Positions 20,047-33,140 of a DNA stretch of 64,000 bases are shown piece after piece. How positions within the stretch are numbered: the first letter of the stretch is position 1; each line of letters opens with the position of its first letter. The position numbers and the translations under genes were made by a program. The stretch spans positions 1 to 64,000 of the forward strand of contig DF237133.1 in the NCBI GenBank assembly GCA_000708835.1. Direction: 5' to 3'. This DNA is from Klebsormidium nitens. Taxonomy: Eukaryota; Plantae; Klebsormidiophyceae. Below the pieces are notes generated by a model that made no database searches, had not been told where the DNA came from, and saw only the letters and a program-made list of their open reading frames with translations.

Positions 20047-22773
20047 CTACGTATCATCCCCTGCTTGAGCTGCCTCTGCTAATCTTCTTTCTCGCCGCAA
20101 CTTGACTTCGTGGTTGTATACCCTTGCAAGCGTTACCTGCAAAACAGCGCCAAAGTCAGCAACAAAGATTAGAAACTCGTCGAGAAACCTCAGACAGCGA
20201 TTATTTAAGGTGGCCGAGTTCGACTTCGTGCTTGGCCAAAGGCTTGCCAGCAAGACAATACGACAATCTTACTTTTGACGCCTTGCCAGACAGCCCAGAC
20301 CCCGACACCCTTTGGAACAGCAACTTGTATGTCTTTTTAGCGGCCAGAGTTTCAGAAGCAACCTTCAGGCGGACGGCAGAATCACGAAATGGTTGGGGGA
20401 CGATCAAAAATCGCAGCGCTCCCATTCAGATTTTGACGCCGAAAATGGACGCCCGAATTCTGTCGCTTGCATTTGGTTAGGCACGGTTTGTCTCAACCAC
20501 ATTGTCAAAACCGATCCTGCCAGCGTTTGCGACCCCCGGGTATACTTCGCAGACTGGAATGCTCATGTTGTAATCAGACGGTAGCGCTGCAATTTCAACC
20601 ATCGCGAAATCTGCGGTCCGCCTGCCCTGATATGCTCTCGACCTCAATTCGGGAAAGTAATGCTTGAAGACAATCCAATGGTGACCGTCTTACCTCAGTT
20701 GTCGTTACTTGATCCCGCAGGAAGTGCAAGTCCTCTATTACCGCCTCTAGGCTGGCAGTAGCATTCTCTAGTTGCCGCTGAAGGAGAAGGTTCGCCTGGA
20801 CAAACGAGGAGGAATTGCTTCAAATCTCAGTCTATTCTTCCAAAAGGTCGACGACGCGTTCTTGCAACCATGAGCCAGTCCGCAGACGCCCTGAAATGGT
20901 TGAAGGAAATGACATCTAAATAGGAAAGGCATTCTCCAGCTCATCGTGAGGACAGTGGATTCGAAAACCGTCAATTGAGCTTGATACGTTGTCGCACTGC
21001 AAATCTGCGAGTCGAAGCTTCTTGTTTCGTTGCATAGACGCGTGGACCAGCAAGCTTTACGGTTGTTATCTACACAGCTCCTCTTCTGCAGCAGACTGGC
21101 ACCATGATCCTGCATCGCACTCTCTCCTCGCCCTTGCATCCTCATCTTCTCGTCTCCTGTTCGTCCTACTTTTCAAATAGTGAAGGGCTGTCAAACTGAC
21201 GATATCTTCAAGTCACACTGACTTGCACGTGAAAGGAAACCTTCCCAGAATGTTTCAAAAGACGAATTTGTCGCTTGTGCCCCTGATCTGAGTTCAACAA
21301 AAACTTTGACACAGTAAGTCGGTGTTGTGCTATGAAACGAGCTTGACCACTGTTTCTATCTCCTGAAGCCCAAAGAACCCACAATGGAGCGCCCACCTCT
21401 TCCAGCGAGTATTCTACCATGACATTGGCCCCCAGCCATAGGCACACTGACTCCGGGTCTTTGATGGTCGCCCTCGCAAAGATCTGGTCAGCCAGCTCGA
21501 AGTCGACTTCAGCTTCCTCCATAGACCAATCAACAATCTGATTAGTCGGTAAATTGAACCTTTTCAGCACGCAGCGGCGGCTGTGAGAAGCTGTGAGAAA
21601 GTTGCTGAAATTGCTCCTAGGCGCAGCGCAATCTGTTGTGGGGAAGGGATACGATGGACCCGAAAGGGGACGCTTGAGAAGGAGTATAAGCAGCTGGAGA
21701 AGTGGAGGACAACATGCATTACGGAAGGCTCTGCCACGACTACTTTGTCTTCATGCTGGATGCCAGTGATCGCTGTCCAATCTATCTGCTAGTCAGGGAA
21801 GTAAGCAGCATTTGTTGCTTGGGCTCTGAATCTTTTTCTGTGTTGATTAAAATATCTGAGACGGCCTACCCCCCTCTTTTCAATCTGGTTCTAAAGACCG
21901 TTCTTAACGTGCTGATTCCTTAAGTCTTACAAGATAGGGACAACAAATGACAAGCTTTCTCTTTGCAGCAATTACCGGGCCTTACCTTCTCGGCCTCCTT
22001 CTGCTCTTGTAGCTTATTCACGATGGCCAGGTTCCGTTTCAGCTCTGGAATCTTCTGCTCTAGAAGCGCACGGCGGCTCGTGAGCGTTTGCTCTTGCAAC
22101 TTGTACTGTTGGTACCTGACGGCCAATGGTAAATCAATTGGGTCAATAGCAACTCATTCCATCCACAGAAAGGGACTTGCTTGGATTGCCAACTTAACCA
22201 ATCCCCTTGCAACGTCAAACGAGTATCTCCCCTTCACCGCTAAAAAACAACGCCAAGAAACATGCTGCTTGACGCAGCGCTGCACCTTTTGCCCCCTCCA
22301 CTGAGATGAAAAGCTACATAAGAGGACGCTGTACTCGACCAAGACAATTCGCCACCATGTTGACATGCGTTTAGCCGAGCTGATTGACCATTCATGAGAA
22401 ATTCCAATGATTCACACTTTTGTCCTCCGCTTTCTCTCGAAGTCCATTCTCAGAAACTTACCAGGCAAGGTTGTGGCCAATTACGAGTTGCACGGCGTTC
22501 AGCTGTCAGCAAGAGATTTACAAAGAGAAGGCAATGAGACTTTCTAAATGTGCGACTCTGGCACCCTTCTTTGCTAGTAGCTAGTACGAGCTTATGAAGC
22601 CTCAGCACGTCCCTTGACACTACTGTAATTGAATGTGGGCTCTCACACCTCTCCTGTAGTGGTTTCATGACCGCATCCCCTTCTTTCCCATCCATGAACG
22701 TGTGCACGTCCTCGACAAATTGAGCCTCCACAATGCCCCGTCGAACGGGGCCTGGAGTAGATGGAGACGCCAT
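20047..22773 (-). CDS. PFD3: Prefoldin subunit 3 (VBP1-like), 5 exons
   Basis: [27 protein letters not shown] | [18 protein letters not shown] | ..[36 protein letters not shown] | [34 protein letters not shown] (~20695-20797) | [12 protein letters not shown]. The [13 protein letters not shown] and FLRDQxTTTE motifs are typical of prefoldin 3. Confidence 0.95.
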
Positions 22774-23433
22774 CCCACCTCAACCACCCCCTTCAGAGGA
22801 AACCTGCAGACCTACGTTACAGATTGATTTGCTTCTCTGCCTAACGATAGCACCACCATAAAGCGTCGAACTGTTCAAAAGTCCATCCAGCCAACAGCCA
22901 TTGATATAGTGCAGGGCAAATTACTTGGAGCGAGTTGCAGCTCATCGCCACTTTTTGAGGTGCACCACCTCTGAAATCTTGAAGTATAAATCAAACAAGA
23001 CAAAGTTGCATATTCGATCATTGGACCAGACATCAAAATGCAATCTACACGCTCAAAAGTCGACGACAACCGATTCTCATACATCCATCATGACTTGTGA
23101 TCACATAAGAATATCGTCTTTGAACCTGTAAAGAGGCAATTGCCTGTCAACATGCCAACGCCTTCACAATTGCTCCTATGCATCTGCTTCAAAACATTGC
23201 TCATGGTATAAGAACTCCTCGCTACGTGGTTTCAGATGGACTTACCGCTGCAAATCAGGGTTATATTCTCTGCTCTCAGGAGGGACGCCTTTGCGAGATA
23301 AAGCCAACTGCTTTTTGGTAGCTACCTGCACATCTGGTGGAGGTTCTTGGCGCCCTTGATCCCCCCTTGATAGACTGTGTGTGACACTGCTATGTATCGC
23401 TGGCGGAGGAACAGCGTGCGTTTGTCCAGGTCT

Positions 23434-23531
23434 TAGGGTTTGCCACAGCTTAGCCTTAGGGTTTGCTATACAGTGCAGTTGCAAAGCCTGCAATTAAATT
23501 TTCGCTAGGTAGTATATCCTATTTAGGGTTT
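23434..23531. promoter_or_regulatory. Three telo-box-like motifs (TAGGGTTT = reverse complement of AAACCCTA) between divergent PFD3 and EX1
   Basis: TAGGGTTT at 23434-23441, 23457-23464 and 23524-23531. Function is inferred only. Confidence 0.4.
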
Positions 23532-23727
23532 TACGGTGTACCATTTGGAAGAGGGTTTCAGCAGGCGACGTAGGCACAGTTGGCAAAGTTGCAGGGGGCT
23601 GAGGAGGTTGGGGAGACGAGCTTGAACGCCCTCTGAAGGTGGCGCTTGCACAGGCGGCCCCATTTTGCAAGGTACCACGAAGATATCCTTTAAGGCTTAG
23701 GCTCAGGTCTGCCGAGGCCAGGGTGCG

Positions 23728-26700
23728 ATGGCTGGAAGCGTCGTGACGCAGTTAGGCAATGGGTTATGGTTGCAGCAGCGGTTGAATCTGGGTGCATCCT
23801 CGTGTCGTAATGCTGGTGCAGCTTGTGCTTCATTCTCCTGTAATGGTGTTACCAGGGGCAGTGGAGTTGAAAAGGTTGGCACCAACAAGCCAAATAGGCG
23901 GCTTCACAAGGGAGGCTGCATCGGAGATGCCCTTTTTTGTCCGTCATTGACTTCCAGCTCTTGCTCGGGCAAAAGCTGGTCCTGTCAGGGGAAGAAGAGA
24001 TCTAGTGGTTTTCGATGTACGGCATCCGGGGACGCTGCGACACCAGAGGGTGGAAATGGGAACGATACTGGTCGGAGTTTCGTGTCAGAGGCTTTGGTTA
24101 GGGCTTTGGAGGCACAAAGGCAGGCAGGGGGTGTGATGGAAGACCCTCTCAAGGGCAAGGTCACCACAGCCTCGACGCAGTTGCAGGAGCGGTTGAGTAG
24201 GGTTCAAAGCAGTGCCGAGAGGGGTGAAGACGACACAGGTGAAGAAGGCTCAGTAAAGAGTTGGGAGGATTGGCAACAGCATTTCCAGGAGGTGGAGGAA
24301 AGAGAACCTCTGCTGAAGGCACTTGAGGTAAGGACACAAAGAGACAGAGCAAGGAAACCAAGCTATATGTGGGGCACCTGATTGTGAGTGCTTAGTGCTG
24401 GCACGTTGGAAGTTGTTGGTACCCAAGTTGAAAGAAAACGTTCTAACAAGTTGCAGCTTTTGCTGTAGTAGAGCACTCTCCACTCAAAAGACAGCTTATG
24501 CTGCAGGGCATTGCATTTTGTGTGCCAGAGTGCTTGCAACTCCTCAACGGAACAGCATGCAGCTTGTGTGCGGCTTTAAAGCCAACATAGGGGCAGCATT
24601 CACAAGCCTGATACTGTGATTGCGATATTGAAAGCACCTTCTTTGTTTATGCTGAGGGTTCGAGGTGTTGTATAAACACTTGATTGAATTTGACTTGATA
24701 TTGTTCCAACATGGTTTTTGCATAACTTTACTAATAGTTTCTCAATCAGTGTGCTTATATATATGCCGTTCTTTGTGCCCCAAGAGATTTCTACCTGCCT
24801 AAGTTCTTCTTTGAGGAGGTAGGGTGCTCCGTTTTGGGAAAGTACCCTTGGAACCAGAGAAGCTAGTCTGGGTCGTTGTTGAGTCTGGAAAGGTGTCTGC
24901 TAGTCCGGTTATTGTTATCCTGCGAAGCTCGGGGCTTCCGGGCATTACCTGTCATTTGCCCTGACAACAAGGTATGAGGGCCCCTCGAAATGGGAGTGAG
25001 CTTCGAGGCAGCGGGGAGATTGATTGGGGATGTGCTGGAGCTACCGTAGAATCCTTGGCATTCATGAGTTCCCAGCATGCAGTATTGTGACTGATTTCAT
25101 ATTTCAAGTCTTTCAACGACCAGAAGTATGATCGGCACTGGAAGGTGCCGTCATCGAGGAATTGAATGTTGGAGTCCTTAGTAATGTTCACTTCTTAGGA
25201 CATTGGTTGTATTTCCATCTCGCCCCTTACCTCTTGGTCAAGCTCTGTACCATTCGCAATACTTTTTTCCAAAGAGGACATCCTGGAGCGCAACCATCCT
25301 GTCACTTTGAAGTCACTAGAAAAGCCCGATAGTTTTGCTGTTGTAATATTGCGTGCTTTTGGCACAGGCACAATTGGCGGAGGCTGTTGCTCAGGAGGAG
25401 TTCAAGGAAGCGGGCCGCCTCAAGGCAGCTATCAAAGCGCTGGAGGGCGAGGATGTCGTAAGGGAGGTGGTGTCCATGTTTGAGGTGAGCACCATTCGCC
25501 AGAATCCGCAAAAGGAAAATCTGCCAAAGGATCCTGATTGCCTGGTGTAAAGGTCACATATGTTTTCGTGACACACTCCATTGCATTTTCATCATATTGA
25601 CTTGAATGTCTGTGCGCCTTTACCTTGAGCAAGCCTGACTGCTTACGTTTTCCCGTCTCATCTTGCACCACAAGTCTGTTAAAGTATGGCATCTTACGTA
25701 CCTAGATTCGAGAAGACGTTTTCACAATGTGCTTTGCTTTTGCAGACTGCTGTGAAGGAGGAGCGGTTTGATGATGCAAGCCAGCTGCGGGATGCAGGAT
25801 GCGCCGGCCTGGTGAGCGGTCTTTGCTGTGCGGCCCTCCTGCTTGAATACAGACTATGCTTTGCTTTGCTTATGTTTCGTCAACGTCAGCTCGTGGGGTC
25901 CCCAATTAATACCTGCGCCAGATCACGTTTAATTGTGCATCATCAGATATCACTCCATCTGTCGATTGTCGGGGTTTTGGTTTCGCGCGCAGTTTCTTCT
26001 TCCCTAACGACGTTGACTGCGCAATTGATTTTCCATCAAAACAGGGCCTTCTTTGAATCTCAACGTGCAATCAGAAACAGGCAGTCGCCGACCCTCATGT
26101 CGGTTCAAGGAAGAAAACTGAAAGCAACTGTTTTTTTTGCCAAGCTCATCTGCTCAGTTGGACCTGCCAAATTTTTTTCTTAGGATCTGCATCAACCACA
26201 AGACTCTAGCATGGATTGTTACAGCATGGCAGCCTAATCTTTATTCTACCACTAACTTCTGCTTTCTCTGGGGGCAATCAACCAGTTCAGTAGTGCCTTG
26301 TTAAGCCCCAAGGAACCCACCTCCTTTTTCTGGGTCCATTCGGATTGCAATCCGGCTTTCGTTCGTTGATCTGTAAGGATTTGGAAAGGACGCACCTCAT
26401 TTTGTGAGTTGATGCGGATTGCTAGTCCAGCTTTCCTCTGTCAACTTACAAAATCTTGGTTGCCACAGGTTGGCTGGTGGGCTGGCACCCCTCTCACCGA
26501 ACGGGAGTACTCTGGGGCACTCCTGCGAATCGTCCCTGGCAAGGGCAAACTGACGGGGTATGCCATGACGCCGAAGCATCTCGTAGAGGGGGGCGCCGGG
26601 CAGGAGGTTTTGGAGGTTTACGTGGTCAAGGACAAGGCGGGGGCGTATCACCAACAGGTAAACTCGGCACCTTACTTTCTGAAAGTGCTACAGTGTGCAC

Positions 26701-29700
26701 GCACAGAGCTGGTTCCCTGTTCGTTGTAGCTGTCCCTTCTGCCGTGTACTCTTGCCTTCGAACTTTTTGCATTCTCCAACGCTTGAAAGAATTCTTATCT
26801 ACATCCCTCTTTCGATCAGCAATTGTTGTCATAGAGCAGGTCACAAGCTGCAAGCGATTCTACAGTATCCGCGTTCATGGATTTCAAAAGCTGCCTGTCC
26901 ATGAGACGGGTCCCGGTGCAACAGAGCCTTTCACGCTGTTCACATAAAGATGCACAGGATTCTTACATTTGTTTCAAATTCTGCAGGCGGTCTACCTGAA
27001 GCGAGAGAGCCCCTTCCGCCCTGAAACCCCCGTTACCGTAGACCCGCAGGCCGACGGTCCGGTTTTGAAGGTTATTGCGACCTCCGACGATCCCAGCGGG
27101 GACGGCGGCATCGCAGCCCTTCGGAAAGAACTGGGGCCCGTTTCAGATGTCGATGACACTGGGGCCACAGCAGAGGCAGACTCGGGCGGCGAGAGCGACG
27201 CCGAAAACGAGGCCCCCGTCGCGGAGGACGAGGAGGAAGAGGCCGGGATGCAGCGGGTGATCAAGTATTTCACGGACCGTATCCCCGGTGCGAAGTTCCG
27301 GGTTTCGAGGGTGATTGCTCCAGGGGGCAAGAAAGACATTCCGGGGCTGATCGAGAAACTGGTGTCGGGGCTGCAGGAGGCGATCGCGCAGGGGTCGGGG
27401 GATACAACCAGGGGGGGGAAGAAGAAGAAGACGCTTCGGGGAGGGGACGACGGGAGTGTGGAGCTGTTCGAGGAGGCGGCGCGTTTGGAGGAGGAGAAGC
27501 TCGCGCAAGAAAAGCTCGCGCAAGCGCAGGCGGAGATCAACGCGGAGCTCCTCAAGCCCCCCGCCGAGGCTTCCGAGGGGGAAAAAGCGTCGACGTCCGA
27601 GGTTTCCGGGGGGGAGGTGCGGGAGCCGGGGGACGCCTCCACGGACCCCCCCGGAGACGAGAGCACATCCGGGACGAGCGATCTGATGACGGGAACTCCT
27701 AATAGCGCATTCTCATTTATGGGCCTCGATCTGGATTCAGCGACGGGGGGCGGGACGGGCGAAATGACGAGCAGCGATTGGGAGCGGTTGGAGGCGCAGG
27801 CGCGGCCTGTGAGAGTGCCGGCGCGGGTGACCAAGGCGCGGGGGACGTTTGTGTTTTCGGTGGAGGATCCGCGGTGGCCGAGCGAGGGGCAAGCAGGTGG
27901 GGATGTGTGGGCTTTCGAGGTTTTCTGCTGGTTTGATCTTGGGAAGGAACACAGGTTCCTTCCCCAGCAAACCTTTAAAGAAAGGTTTGCTGGGGCGAAA
28001 GAGTGGAGTAACGGCCACGGTTCGCTGTTTCGAGTATTTGGATGGTCTCAGGGGCGTGTGCTGCCTTCGGGAAGCAGATTCACCACCATGCCGTGCCTTG
28101 CTGACAAAATTCCGTCTGTTCAAGCACGTTCTTTGCTCGTAGTCTGCCTAATTTCGCTCTGGCTTCTCTACTTCTTAAGTACCATCTTAGTAGTCAAAGG
28201 TTCGGCCTCAGAATGGAGGAGGACACGGTTGCTGTCTGAGCGGTCTGCTCATCTTGGCTGTTTCAGACGCTGCAGAGGAGACTGGGTTAAACGCGGACGA
28301 GGCCGCGGTTCGTGCCGCAGTGAAGGCGGGCGCGCTGTCGCCGCAGGACGTGCAAGCGATGGTGCGAGTCGTGGAGCTGAGCAAAGTCAAAAACATTGTG
28401 AGTGACCGCCGCATTTTTTGCACTTCTGAAGGGACTAACCCATCTTGATATGCCTGGACAAGCTTTGCACTCGAAAGCTGGCGATTTGCGTTGCCTGATC
28501 TGCCGAAGTTTTGATATCATTTGACCACCTTTTCGTGTGGTTGCTGAGGTCATCCGCGGTCTGGTTAGGCGTTTAGTCGCGATGCGTCTTTTCATCGCCA
28601 CTTCTGCAATACACGTGGCTTTACCTGCTCAAACCCTGATAACTGGAGTGCTCTCAACCTCTGCTCGGACCTGATAGCGCCGTGTTTTTGCAGATGCCGA
28701 AGAAGCAATTGGAGGCGCTGATGGGTGCAGTGGCCGCTCACCGGATGAGCCAGCGGGGGGGCCTCGCGCGCAAGATGCTCTTCCGGAAGCTGGACCCAGC
28801 GACAATCAACAGCACGGACCCTCTGTCAGGTAACGGGGCTTCGCGAGTTGATTCTCTCAGTAGTTCAGCTGACGGAGTTGACCGTTCACTCGGATTAAAC
28901 GGGATACGTGGCTGAAGGTTCCTTCTAGCGATGCAGGCGTGTGTCTGGGACCCTTATCTCACCAGACGCCTCTGCGCTTCATAGCCTGTCGCAGAGACTT
29001 GATTCCTAGACCTAACTTACCTGATCTGGGTTTGCACCTCTTTACAAACTTACCCGTGTTCTGGGCCCTTTTCTCAATTTTCGTTCCCATCTGGTTTGCA
29101 CCACTGAAGGCCAAGCATGTTATAGAGTCATCTGAATTGAATTAATGCAAGGAAATTTTACCGGTGATTTTGCGTGTTGCAGGCATGTACGTCGGCGGCT
29201 ACGGTCCGCACGGCCTCGAGTTGATCCAGCTGCAGCGCCGGTACGGCCAGTGGGACGAGGACTCCGCCGCCCCGAGCACGAGCGCCCGCTCGGGGGCCGA
29301 GTCTTACGAGTACGTGGAGGGGGTGAAGGTGACCGGGGATCCGAACGTGCCGGCCGGGAAGGTGACGTTTCGGGCTAAGGTCGGGCCCAAGTACAAGATG
29401 CCGCCAATCGAGTACGCGAATGTAGATCTCGGGACGGTAAGTGGACGGTCAGGTCTTCAGGAAGCGGTTCTTATGGATGTTTAGAGTTGGGCGATAAGAG
29501 GGGCAGCCCCTCAGCGGAGATTGTGAAGCAACTTAAGTGGGCCCCTTTATTTCGCTCCTCGACGAATTCAAAGGCAACAGCCTAACGGTCCTTTCCACTC
29601 GACGACTGCCTCGAACTCATCGTGTTAGCACTTTAAGAGGAGAAAGGGCAATGATGGATGTGCGGCATCGACACGGCGTGCCAAGAATTCAGACGTTGAT

Positions 29701-30267
29701 TGGAATTTCCGACATGCACATATCGCGCTTTCTGTAGAGAGCCTCTGTTACAGAGAATCCTGCTGATCTGCGCTTGCATTTATGTGTACCTGAAAAGGAC
29801 GTTCTTATGCTTCCGATGGGCTCTGCTCTGATTTTTGGTGGGTCCATGCTAATCCTCGTTTTGCGCCTTCGCCCCCGCAGATTGCTCGGTACAAGGGCCA
29901 GGGCCAGCTCGCGAAGCCCGGGTTCAAGAACGCGCATTGGGTCGATGGGGAACTTCTCGTGTTGGATGGCCGAGTAAGCAGTTTCCCGTACTAACTGTTT
30001 TCTTACATGTTTGTTTTTAGAATCGTTTTGCCTGTTAGAGCGAACGTTTGAAGTCCAACTTTGCGTCTCTCAGCCCTGCCTCTGGATTCGCTCTGTATGG
30101 GCATGTCCAGGTGCTGCGATTGTCAACTCATCCGCCGCTCGTTTATTTCGCAGCTTGGCCCTCAATTAGGCTTCCTTTTCGATGCACCGGGGGGCAAGGG
30201 CCGACCGGTGTTGATTCTTTTTGATCGCTGGAAGCTGCCAGAATTGAATCAGGGGATTGCTGCTTGA
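23728..30267 (+). CDS. EX1: EXECUTER1/2-like chloroplast protein (UVR-like repeats + DUF3506), multi-exon
   Basis: Ser/Cys-rich transit-peptide-like N-terminus; [15 protein letters not shown] | [22 protein letters not shown] | [21 protein letters not shown] | VGWWAG.. | AVYLK; C-terminal [51 protein letters not shown] | [29 protein letters not shown] | ..[16 protein letters not shown]1 versus EX2 orthology is not resolvable by eye. Confidence 0.92.
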
Positions 30268-31234
30268 GCAGTCCACTACGTTATTTGTCCATTGTAGGCC
30301 TCTTGTTTCAGCAAAGGTAGTCCCTTTCTTAGGATTGGATAGGCGGTAATTTGCGGTTATGTAATCTAGGTAGTCGAGGGATTGCCTGTACAAGCATTTT
30401 CAGCGCCTCAGCGTCGCATGTGGGATCTGGACCTGAGTGCGCGTTTGTGTGCGCGAGGATTTGTAGGTCGTCGTAACCCAATTGCTAGGCTGAGTTGATG
30501 TGCGGGAGTAGCTTAAGTGCGTAACAACTTGACTGGTTGCAATCGCTTGAGTAGATCTTGAAGTGAAGCAAGTCGTTCTGGGGGCCCATGCAAGCATTGT
30601 CTTAAGAATACACGCACCAGCAAAATTTTGAATGCGCCAATGCTGGCACATTCTTCTGTGGCAATGAATATCTTGCTAATAACCCAACCGACACTTCAGA
30701 ATTGGTATACCTATTGCGCGTACGCACACTGATTTTGCATCACATGTTTTCAAGTTGAGGTCTGGCAAGTTCATAATGCTGACGGCGGTTACGAGTGGTC
30801 GATTCGATATGCTTGACAGTGGCGTGCAACGTAAAACATGATTAATAACATGCAAGTGTGCCGGCATTCTTACTGATAAGTTGGCCTGCGGAACGTCATA
30901 TTCAATTGCAGACCGTACCGCACCATGTGAGTAGAAGCGCGTGCAAGTTGACTTGAGTGATTAGATACCATGAGTTTCATGCATGTCCGGCGATCCTGAA
31001 TTGCGGCTCATGCTGTCAGCATGCCGCCCACTGCACACACGTTCTGATTTACAAAGGCGGCCGCCGATGCACGCATGCAGGCTGCTGGCAAAATTTTCAT
31101 GGTGGTTTAATCATGCACTGCGTGCGGCAATGATGCTACGATCATGATCTGAAGAGACGCTCAATCTGCATGAGGTGTCCAGGGATACGTCCCCGCTTGC
31201 AAGACTCTAGAAGACCGCGGCTTATGAGCAATTT

Positions 31235-33140
31235 GGGATGCAAATAGTCCCAGCGGATGACGCAATTGCCGCGATTTTGGTAGCCCATCCTACTATAGGC
31301 ATGCCCACTTCGCGCCGTGCGGCCGCGTGCCGCGCTCAATCAGATCGGTCACGGTCGATACGATCATTGACCTGGCAACGGTAGTACGCGACGTTTCCGG
31401 GCGCCGCTTTGACGCGGCCGCGAAGGCACCGCGCAGAATGACCAGCCGCGGCAATGGATTGCGCGGGTACACACCTGACAATAGTCGATGTCCTCTGCAC
31501 ATGAGGCATTCCAGCTTGTTCACTGGCCCTCAACAGGGTCAACAAGAGCGCCCCCGCCATGGGGGCGCTGCAAGATCTTCCGAGGGACGTGCTCCTCATC
31601 ATTCTCAACAAGCTTGCAACTAGGCAGGGCCCTCGTACCGTATTGTTGGCCACATGCGCCTGCAAAGCGCTTGCAACAGCTGCAGAGAGCGCTCCCGGTT
31701 ACTGGAAAGCGGCGTTCTGGTTTCCCTCAGACATGAATGAATTCTGTGAGGAGGATTTCGAGGCATTCGACGCTGAAGTGGAAGCTTTGGGAGGGTACAA
31801 GCGATTGCTGGCTGCAAGTTTCAGGCCTCTTGAGCGAATTGACCGAGATGGATTCAAGGGAGGGCAATGTGAACAAACGCAAAGTGGAGTAACCCAAGCT
31901 CGAGCAACGTCTCTTACCTCCGCGTGTCCAAAACCTGACTTGAAGCCGGAATTTACGGGGAGTGTCTTAGCGTTACTCTATCTCAAGAACAAGCGTGTAG
32001 CGTACGGAATTTTCAGTCCATGGGAGAACTCAGGCCAAGCAGCGCCTGGTTCTGCGGAGGTGAACGCAAGGCGCTCACACCTACGACCTTTGGTCCCTTT
32101 AGACGCACTGAGAGAGGAGCTTGCCGCGATCCGCAACTTGATGGGTGATGACACTTGGGCAGGCTTCGAATCCCAGCTCATGCGCCGTGACAAAGATATG
32201 ATCACGTTGGAGGTCTTTGCTTGCAAGAGAGTGCTGCCAGCTGGTTTTGGTGTCGGCCAATCTCGTCGTATAGAGATAGTGCGTGGAATTTTCATCATCG
32301 ACCATAACCGGTCGACCGGTAGGGAGCGCACTTCGCTTGGGATGTATCTGTGCGGCACTATACAGAGGACGGGCTTGCACGAACATGGCCGGAGGAAGTG
32401 GCCTAACTACGTAGAGTGCAACCCATATCTAACGTTGCATTTGGAGCGGGGACCCCATTGGACGCTTGATTGGTGGAAACCTCAATTCAGACAGCTCTGA
32501 TGCTCAGCTAGATGTGCAACGGGTAAGTAGAATAAGTTGTTCAACGGGAGGGCAATAGGTCAGTAAACAGGTTACAGGTTTCTGAGATCGGCCGTTTCAG
32601 CGCAGATTGCAGACTTTGGATTACGTGGAAACACGGGCTGATATCCATATCTTTAGTTATGAACAAGCTTCAGCGTTCATTATTAGCTGGTGCTTGTCTT
32701 ATCACTTGCGGAACCCTTGCAGTTGCGTTTCGAGCAGACCGGGCGGCCTCGGATTGGTAAGATTGCGGTCAACGATGTCCGTCTTGCTTCGATTCTGCAT
32801 GAACTGTAGATATAGCAGCATGCATGATGCTCAGCTAATGCTCGTGAGTAAGGAAAAAGGGCACATGCCATGCTTAAGTGGACATCCATAAAGGACTCCT
32901 CATGATCATCGGTGTATGCGTATACTCCAAAAGCTTGAGCATGACTTATCAAAAGGCCTTCTCGTCCTTGGGTTGAACCCACAGCACATGCAGGCGTACT
33001 CTGCTCGAGTGAAGAAACAAGGATGTCTCTTAAAGGCGGTCGTCACGAGACAGATTTGCCAATCTGCCATGCTGATCAAGGCCCGGCATGTTGTTGGAAT
33101 CTATCCAACCGCTGAGTGGGCGGACTCACATACTCGCATA
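31235..33140 (+). repeat. ~2 kb duplicated unit, copy 3 (inverted relative to copies 1 and 2, ~12 kb away)
   Basis: Upstream TTGGGATGCAAATAGTCCCAGCGGATG and downstream TGCCAATCTGCCATGCTGATCAAG match the reverse complements of the other copies' flanks. Confidence 0.85.
31559..32500 (+). CDS. Intronless F-box-like protein (313 aa), intact copy 3
   Basis: N-terminal LQDLPRDVLLIILNKLA..ACKALATAAE..YWK fits the F-box consensus. The C-terminal ~180 aa domain is unrecognised but conserved in the two paralogs. Confidence 0.8.
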   Translation: MGALQDLPRDVLLIILNKLATRQGPRTVLLATCACKALATAAESAPGYWKAAFWFPSDMNEFCEEDFEAFDAEVEALGGYKRLLAASFRPLERIDRDGFKGGQCEQTQSGVTQARATSLTSACPKPDLKPEFTGSVLALLYLKNKRVAYGIFSPWENSGQAAPGSAEVNARRSHLRPLVPLDALREELAAIRNLMGDDTWAGFESQLMRRDKDMITLEVFACKRVLPAGFGVGQSRRIEIVRGIFIIDHNRSTGRERTSLGMYLCGTIQRTGLHEHGRRKWPNYVECNPYLTLHLERGPHWTLDWWKPQFRQL

